DNA of 64,000 bases from an uncultured virus (IMG/VR IMGVR_UViG_3300016457_000183) (lineage: Duplodnaviria; Heunggongvirae; Uroviricota; Caudoviricetes), in IMG/VR virus record IMGVR_UViG_3300016457_000183. One strand, written 5' to 3'. The notes under the pieces are model-generated. The model saw only the letters and a program-made list of their open reading frames with translations. It was not told where the DNA came from and ran no database searches. Of the stretch, positions 57,594 through 64,000 are shown one piece after another (the stretch's first letter is position 1; the number at the start of each line of letters is the position of its first letter). A program made the position numbers and the translations under genes.

Positions 57594-58380
57594 CAGACGC
57601 AGTCTTTCCCTGTCTTCCTCTTAAAGTCGCACTCTCTGTAGGAGTATGAGGAAAACCTAAGTAGTTATCCAAATTGTTAAACTTGTCTCTACAAGTTGCA
57701 ATCGATTTATCACACCCGGCGTAAACAGTAACAACATCTCCTACAGACAGATCACGAGTAGCAAACCTCACCACCACAGAACCCGCATCATTAAAAACTA
57801 TACTCCTAACTTCCGTTGGCGCAACTAACTTCCCATATTTCAGAAAATTATTTGGAACGGGGTCTGGGAAGTTTGAACCCCGAGTAGTATAGTTAATCGA
57901 GATAGTTCTCCCACTAATACCAGCTACTATTCCAGAAGCAGAATAAGAATCCCATGCGACTCCACATTCGTCTAAAGTTCGAATACATCCTAGAGAAAGG
58001 CGGACACGATTCGCTGACCTAAGACCTAACGACACCATACTCTCAACTTCGAGTTCGACAAAGTGGAGGTCGATTTTAAACTTAGTGACATTACCTTGAT
58101 AAAACTCTGACCAAGTTGCCGTATCCACATCAATCTCAACAGCGCGAACTGTCACAGAACCAACTCGATTTACAAGGTAACTTGAGAGATCGGGTACTTT
58201 ATCCCGTAAAATTTTAATAGTAAACGCTTCTTTCCGATCTACGCCAGAAAGCTCGTATGAAATATCAGACGTGATAAGAGGTTCCCAGGTAATAGAGTCA
58301 TTGGTCGTAAACGGGAAGTTAGTCGCAATTAAATAGTCTGTATGCATGCCATAAACGAGAATTACGCCGTCAAACTTCAA
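57580..58380 (-). CDS. Minor tail protein (BR0599/DUF2163-like)
   Basis: GD.VTVYAGCDKSIATCRDKFNNLDNYLGFPH.P. Confidence 0.85.
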   Translation of the reverse strand: MKFDGVILVYGMHTDYLIATNFPFTTNDSITWEPLITSDISYELSGVDRKEAFTIKILRDKVPDLSSYLVNRVGSVTVRAVEIDVDTATWSEFYQGNVTKFKIDLHFVELEVESMVSLGLRSANRVRLSLGCIRTLDECGVAWDSYSASGIVAGISGRTISINYTTRGSNFPDPVPNNFLKYGKLVAPTEVRSIVFNDAGSVVVRFATRDLSVGDVVTVYAGCDKSIATCRDKFNNLDNYLGFPHTPTESATLRGRQGKTASGGKK

Positions 58381-59239
58381 CGAGGGCCTCCTTCAAATAG
58401 GACTCTATCTCTTCAAAAAATACTTCAGGATTAAAATCTTGGCACTTCAAACCAAAGGGACACACAAAATTGTCAGGAACTCCTGGCCAAGGACGGCGGC
58501 ATGGGTACAAATCGCAGCGGTTAGGTGACTGAACTGAAATGTGCAGAGGATAGGACAACTGTCTCGGGTCCGTAGACGTAAAGATAAAGAAACCTCTCTT
58601 CCCCAGTGCAGCCCCGGCGTGGCAAAGCCAACTATCCACACCCACTAGAGCGTCCGCTTCTGACACAAGAGAGATGGAAAACCTTAAGTTCAAATCAGGA
58701 TGCTCAAATCCAGGTAGCGAGGGTTGGGACAAACCGCGCAGTACGAGTACAGTACCAAAATCGCTCAAGAACCGGGCTAACTTCAGCGCTTGATCTTTAC
58801 TCAAAGAGCGTTGACCTGAAGAGAGGGGGCTGGATACGTCGGTAGAAGCTCCAAAAGGTTGGAATAAAATAACAGGGCGCCCTTTCCGATCGAGATAGGC
58901 CCGTGCATCCTTCTTCTCTTTATCAGTTAAGTAAAGCTTCGGGGCAGCGCCCTGCACAAGCTTAACATCACAGGATCTAAATATTGCCTCAATCAGAGTA
59001 ATCTTCCCTTGACGGTAATCCGCAACGTAGTAGGGTTCAACTTTCCTTATATCAAACTCACTCAGCACCCTAAAGTTGGAAGAAGGCCACGGCACACACT
59101 CCTCCACATAAGGACTATTCTCAAAGGCAACAGGGAACGAACATAAAATGGTTGGTTTAGAGTCGAGGTAAGGGAGCACTGCAGTAAAAGCAATATTCTT
59201 CCCTAACCCCCCAGTGAGCTCAAGTGCTATTTTAGTCAT
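58370..59239 (-). CDS. Glycosyltransferase family 9-like protein
   Basis: GGLGKNI, VILFQP, LVGVDSWLCHAGAALGK, TDP. Confidence 0.8.
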   Translation of the reverse strand: MTKIALELTGGLGKNIAFTAVLPYLDSKPTILCSFPVAFENSPYVEECVPWPSSNFRVLSEFDIRKVEPYYVADYRQGKITLIEAIFRSCDVKLVQGAAPKLYLTDKEKKDARAYLDRKGRPVILFQPFGASTDVSSPLSSGQRSLSKDQALKLARFLSDFGTVLVLRGLSQPSLPGFEHPDLNLRFSISLVSEADALVGVDSWLCHAGAALGKRGFFIFTSTDPRQLSYPLHISVQSPNRCDLYPCRRPWPGVPDNFVCPFGLKCQDFNPEVFFEEIESYLKEALVEV

Positions 59240-62200
59240 ACGCTTCCTCCCAAGTAACAGTTACGAAACAGCCATCGCCCTTGAAATCAAACTCGATGGT
59301 ATCCTCTGTTAAGTAAGCGTCAATCTTAAAGTGGAGTGGGGTACCCTTCGGTGTGTCTAACGACAAATTATCTTGAAGGGTAACTACACAATGATCCTCA
59401 GCAGTAACTACGCCCGTAACGGTCGTGTGAACTATAGTAGATCCATAATCAATCACCACCTTCTTGTAAGCACTCCAAATCTCAGAGTAAGTCCGAGGTA
59501 TGATCTTTAGCGAAGCAGAACCTTGATAAGCGTCTTCGTAAACGCGTAATTCACTCAACCAAGTGATTATATTGACTTTCTGATAGCGCCCTTTTGCGTA
59601 TAAAAACAAGTCTTTGAAATCCCTCCAAGCAGTTCCAAAGAACTGGTAACTATGCGTTACAACAATTTTATCACGCAGACGAGAGCTCAAAGGATTTTTA
59701 ATGGACGGGACGCCAACTTCAAGACCCTTAACATCCCTACTATCAACTACAGACCCTTCAACAAGCACCGTTCTTGGCCGTTTGTACCACTGCGAAGTAG
59801 TACCTGTCAATGCGTTACAGCCCTCAGGGATTATTTCATCTACGTCAATCTCAAGGTTGTAAACATTATGTTTCACTAAAGAACGAGTCCGTCGCACGTG
59901 GCCGTACCCCGTAAAACTGGGGTACACCCAGGTATCGTTCACATCATAATCATACTGAAGCTGGCCAGCAAACTTAAGTGTTTTCGAGGCTGCGTCAATT
60001 TCGGTGATCTGGCCCGCTTCTAAATGACGCGAGCTACACAAAACAGCAGAATACCCTACCTCAAAGTCTGTGACATCTTCTACCACTATCTGGGTATCAT
60101 GTTGGTGCGCGTTGCTCACTAATCGTACTCTAAGAGGAAACTCAGGCACTACTACTAAATAACGAGCCGCATTGATAGCATCATAATCAAGATCATATGC
60201 AACCTCATCAACAGCTCCCAAGTGCAACGAAGACGAGCGGGTAGGGTAATAAAGTTTAGGAATACGGGTGGGCTTGCTTGCTAAGTTGTGAACCAATTCT
60301 GTTTCGAACTTGAACTTTATCTTCTGAAAAGTATGAGGTGTATTCCATTGATCATACTTTCTCGGTTTCAAGAGGACTATAGCGAACGTAGCAGAAACAT
60401 AACAAATGGCGTCTCCTACTGTATCAAAATGGAAGTAGATGGGCGCGTCTACTACTCTCACTGCCCCCACCTGTGCCACATTCACAAGACCGTCCATCTC
60501 AGCCCCGGGAGCCATAGTGTGAGGCAAAGGCTCAGGAAGAGTTACCGAAAACGTAGGATCCGAAGAAGAAACAGATTGTAAATCGTGAGAGGTGTCTTCA
60601 TAACGATGTAAAATGTGAATTAACCGAGACGAACCTACCTTAGTAAATCCGAAATCAATTTTTGTAGGGACAACGTAAACTCTGTTCCAGAAGAAATTCT
60701 TTGGTTTGTCCTCAATTGTTTTACCTGCGTAAGATGAGGGAGTTCGTGAGTACGGTGTCCCTACTATTACACCCCAATAATACCGTTGGGGGGAGAAAAA
60801 CGTGTCGTAACGACGATCCTTCGAAATACGTGAATAGTTAATACCCTCCTGCCCTTTAGATACGGGTTCACCGCAAGAATAAGGCCACCACCACCATGGA
60901 CGTTCGCGAGTAGAAGGAGGAACGAGCCGGTAATCACCTTCAGGGCCGTCCCAATGTTGAATCAAATGAGGGACCACGAGCTGATAGGATCGAACTTGGT
61001 TGGCTATTAAAGTTAACGCATCAGCAAATACTTTGTTCTTGACTTTAGTAATATCACCTCCCCAAATTCTAAAGAACATATAAAAGGTAGAAGTAAGGTA
61101 ATGTTTAGAATTGTAGGCAATCTCGTAAAGGCGATTTCGAATACAAGAAATAGCCTGATACCAGGTAGGGCCGACAAGTTGCTCTTCGTCTCCTGCAGTA
61201 GAGAAAGAAGGTTCGGGAGACACATATTTACGGACTCTGATCTCATCCAGCCAGCCCTCCCACTGACCCGCTCCAAATGCCACCCTGCCTGCATCAGATA
61301 AATCAGAGTCTGTAGTCGATAAAACCTCTGAACCGTCAACAAAGAATTTTATATTGTTTTCATATATTGCTAGAGCTAGTATAGTTTCAGTATTCATTGG
61401 AATGTAATTATTTGACGGGGGTGTAGCAATGTCACTCTCGGTACTAGCAACCCACTTACGTATTATTGGTGATGTATAACTACAATAAGAACCTGTCCCC
61501 CCAGTCTCACTATACTGTTGTGCTGCCTTTTGGCCTGTGTACATATTGTTGTCATCTTGATACCGTCCTACTACAGTACCCGTAGCACCATACGGGTAGC
61601 CTCCTGAAACAAGAAACTTAGCCTGGGCATGAAAATTTCTGATGGTAAAATTTTTCGGGGAATAAACCGTTTCAAGGTTATCACCAGTGTTAATGTTTAC
61701 TCTCTGATTAACTACATCATAAGTTCCTGCTGTTTTATCATCAGTACCGTCGCCGAAGTGAAACACCGAAATCAGATCATAGTTTGAAAGTGAGTCAATG
61801 CTAAAATCGTCAAAGAACTCAAACGTATTTTTCCCGTTGCTTACATTACCTGTCCCAGGGTTGCCATAATAACAGTAAATATTCACATCCGAATCTAAGT
61901 TGTCGTTTATCTTAACCCAACAATAAGCTACTCTATTGGGTGCCTCACCTTCTACCTTCTCAACCCAGAAGTTTAAAAAAGTAGAACCATCGTTATCTAC
62001 AAAACGAAGGTCTCCTGAATCATTGGTTCCTGAAGGGAACTTGGCAGAATGCCCTTCAACATGGAAATCACAGTTACTAGCTCCAGAACTTTCTCCTACT
62101 TTTAAAAGGACTTGATAACCTGTTCCGGCTCCTGGAGAACCAGAAATAGTAATTTTCTTTCTATAACTCCACGCCGTTACATGCTCACAAACAGTTATCA

Positions 62201-63224
62201 AACTATTAAATAAAGAATAATAAGTCGCCTTGATCCAAGCATCGGAACGAGCCACGTTGGAAATTCTTACTTCGTCTATCAAACCATCTGCAAAAGAGAT
62301 GGGCGTAGCTTGAGGAGAACACGCAATTACAGCAGTAGAAAGAGACTGTGGCAACCACGTACCTCCCGTAGCTGCTGTTACATTAGCGTCGTTTATAAAA
62401 ACAGCAGCATTGGACGTGGTAATAGAGTCTCCAGAAGAACCCGAAAACTTGCCAGCTACGTACTGATAAACATCCCAGGCAAAATCACCAGAATCTGAAT
62501 CACAGTAGTTACCTTGCGTGTCTGCAAGGCGTACTCTACCACTTGAATTCACCCACAATGTATATTGCAGACGCCCTTCAAAAAAAGCTTGACTCCCGCC
62601 TGTAGAAGATAACTTCACAACTGACTCTATTGTAAGAGGACCAGTAATATCCAAGCTGCCGTCGCTCCCACAATCCACATAGTCGTCACTTCCGTCGAAG
62701 TCCAGAGCCTTTCCTACCCCCCCATCAACTAAATCATCTGAAGTCATACTTCCATGAGGAGTACCGTCATTATTGTTGCTGGTGCTATCTTTAATACATC
62801 CATTGCCTCCTGTGGGATTTTGAGATAAATGGTAAACCGCTTTAAAGTTGTCATCCCAAACATTTGCAGCAACAGAATCTCCAGGATCTCCAACGTAAGT
62901 TGTGTTGTCTGCAACAGACGCGTCGTAGTAAAGATAAAAATAAGTATCTGAAGATGACGAAATAGTCCAAGACGACCTAGAAATATGGAGAACTGCCTGT
63001 TTATTCGCTGAGTCCCATACTTCAACTTCTACATAAAGTTGAGTAGTACCATCATCAGAAGTAACTGCAATCTTCTTATAGTTAGAACCCAGTTCATTAA
63101 AGACTGCATCAGCATTATCTTCAGTCAAGAAGAGGGTAATAGGGAAGTGAGTAAGATCAGAGTCAATCTTTGCATGATCAATCTTGAACCTGATTCTGTG
63201 TGAATATTCTGGGAGCCAGCCCAT
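59232..63224 (-). CDS. Tail protein with two DUF2341 domains and a LamG domain
   Basis: Y.YY...VWD...AVYHL, ALDFDG.DDYV, IDEVRIS.VARS.AWI, DLRF...WVK...YYGN...FFDDF. Confidence 0.8.
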   Translation of the reverse strand: MGWLPEYSHRIRFKIDHAKIDSDLTHFPITLFLTEDNADAVFNELGSNYKKIAVTSDDGTTQLYVEVEVWDSANKQAVLHISRSSWTISSSSDTYFYLYYDASVADNTTYVGDPGDSVAANVWDDNFKAVYHLSQNPTGGNGCIKDSTSNNNDGTPHGSMTSDDLVDGGVGKALDFDGSDDYVDCGSDGSLDITGPLTIESVVKLSSTGGSQAFFEGRLQYTLWVNSSGRVRLADTQGNYCDSDSGDFAWDVYQYVAGKFSGSSGDSITTSNAAVFINDANVTAATGGTWLPQSLSTAVIACSPQATPISFADGLIDEVRISNVARSDAWIKATYYSLFNSLITVCEHVTAWSYRKKITISGSPGAGTGYQVLLKVGESSGASNCDFHVEGHSAKFPSGTNDSGDLRFVDNDGSTFLNFWVEKVEGEAPNRVAYCWVKINDNLDSDVNIYCYYGNPGTGNVSNGKNTFEFFDDFSIDSLSNYDLISVFHFGDGTDDKTAGTYDVVNQRVNINTGDNLETVYSPKNFTIRNFHAQAKFLVSGGYPYGATGTVVGRYQDDNNMYTGQKAAQQYSETGGTGSYCSYTSPIIRKWVASTESDIATPPSNNYIPMNTETILALAIYENNIKFFVDGSEVLSTTDSDLSDAGRVAFGAGQWEGWLDEIRVRKYVSPEPSFSTAGDEEQLVGPTWYQAISCIRNRLYEIAYNSKHYLTSTFYMFFRIWGGDITKVKNKVFADALTLIANQVRSYQLVVPHLIQHWDGPEGDYRLVPPSTRERPWWWWPYSCGEPVSKGQEGINYSRISKDRRYDTFFSPQRYYWGVIVGTPYSRTPSSYAGKTIEDKPKNFFWNRVYVVPTKIDFGFTKVGSSRLIHILHRYEDTSHDLQSVSSSDPTFSVTLPEPLPHTMAPGAEMDGLVNVAQVGAVRVVDAPIYFHFDTVGDAICYVSATFAIVLLKPRKYDQWNTPHTFQKIKFKFETELVHNLASKPTRIPKLYYPTRSSSLHLGAVDEVAYDLDYDAINAARYLVVVPEFPLRVRLVSNAHQHDTQIVVEDVTDFEVGYSAVLCSSRHLEAGQITEIDAASKTLKFAGQLQYDYDVNDTWVYPSFTGYGHVRRTRSLVKHNVYNLEIDVDEIIPEGCNALTGTTSQWYKRPRTVLVEGSVVDSRDVKGLEVGVPSIKNPLSSRLRDKIVVTHSYQFFGTAWRDFKDLFLYAKGRYQKVNIITWLSELRVYEDAYQGSASLKIIPRTYSEIWSAYKKVVIDYGSTIVHTTVTGVVTAEDHCVVTLQDNLSLDTPKGTPLHFKIDAYLTEDTIEFDFKGDGCFVTVTWEEAYD

Positions 63225-63318
63225 TTACTTCCTCTCCTTAAGTTATAATCGCAGTAGCCCACTAGGAGTGTAAGACTCGAGAATTGGAGTAGTCGTCTTA
63301 AGAGTCATCTGGGTCCCC

Positions 63319-63999
63319 TTAAGCATAGATCACAATAAAGGGCACCTCATTCGAGAAACAAGGCGCAGCGCCCGCAGGGATAACTTCTTTAGCCCAAGCA
63401 GGCTTCGAAGACGGGTGAGTTTTAAACGAGACAGAATCTCCAGACTGCCATGAACCTCCCCAACCGGAGGCGTAGAGTGTGAAATAGGTGCCCCCCACAG
63501 GATTACTGGGCGAAAAATCGTTGTTAATATCTCCTGTTCCAACAGTTCCCGTAGTTAAACCTACACACGTAAACGCAGAGGAACTATAAAACGTCAAAGT
63601 CCAAACATCTTCAACCGTCCCCACATTATACACACTAGGAGGGTAATTCACTTCATCATAAGTCCCTGAAGAGCTAGACTCCAACCAATCAGAGTAACTA
63701 GGGGCAATACTACCCAACGGAAGTAAGTGGCACAAACGAGAACCCGTATCGTACGAGTGGTTAGTACCATTACTCAAAGTAACGGTTACACTCAGTCCGG
63801 AACTGGTAACAGCGGCCACAGTATGCAGTTCATTATCAGTCGCACTAGCCAAAAGAACGGTATCGTTCACTTCAATATCAGGGACATCACCATCAAAAGA
63901 CGCAACTACAACTGTAGCCCCAGAGGCAACGGGTTGGGTAATCCTACCAGTACCATACCACTTGTGCGAAGGAAGTGCGAGTAAACTTCCTTGAGTCTG
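63319..63999 (-). CDS. Structural protein, 5' end outside the window
   Basis: Frame stays open from 63870 to the window edge; GWGGSW..GD...F.T motif. Confidence 0.7.
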   Translation of the reverse strand, partial: QTQGSLLALPSHKWYGTGRITQPVASGATVVVASFDGDVPDIEVNDTVLLASATDNELHTVAAVTSSGLSVTVTLSNGTNHSYDTGSRLCHLLPLGSIAPSYSDWLESSSSGTYDEVNYPPSVYNVGTVEDVWTLTFYSSSAFTCVGLTTGTVGTGDINNDFSPSNPVGGTYFTLYASGWGGSWQSGDSVSFKTHPSSKPAWAKEVIPAGAAPCFSNEVPFIVIYA

Positions 64000-64000
64000 A

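Overview
This window looks like part of a large tailed bacteriophage genome. Most genes are on the minus strand with AGGAGG-type ribosome binding sites. I found no rRNA, tRNA or canonical CRISPR array. Layout: 1-27 kb is an accessory region with an iteron/hairpin block, a resolvase-like nuclease, pyrE, two pentapeptide-repeat proteins, MoxR/vWA, queD and a retron-type reverse transcriptase. It also holds a complete non-autonomous IscB-omegaRNA element. 27.4-32.8 kb is a repeat- and palindrome-rich control region with a ParB-like gene and paralogous small genes. 32.8-42.3 kb holds degenerate DNA-modification genes, a UDP-sulfoquinovose synthase with two mini-inteins, and four proteins sharing a WITxKGxRIxI-type motif (two zincin peptidases, an ADP-ribosyltransferase, a membrane protein). 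43-64 kb is tail, lysis and virion genes. The most striking signal is a solitary Cas7/RAMP-like gene (13552-14166) followed by about 1.1 kb of non-coding DNA with strong 5-nt periodicity, a candidate RNA-guided system of the VIPR type. IscB-derived mini-elements have inserted into that region. All protein calls come from motif recognition by eye, not from database searches.
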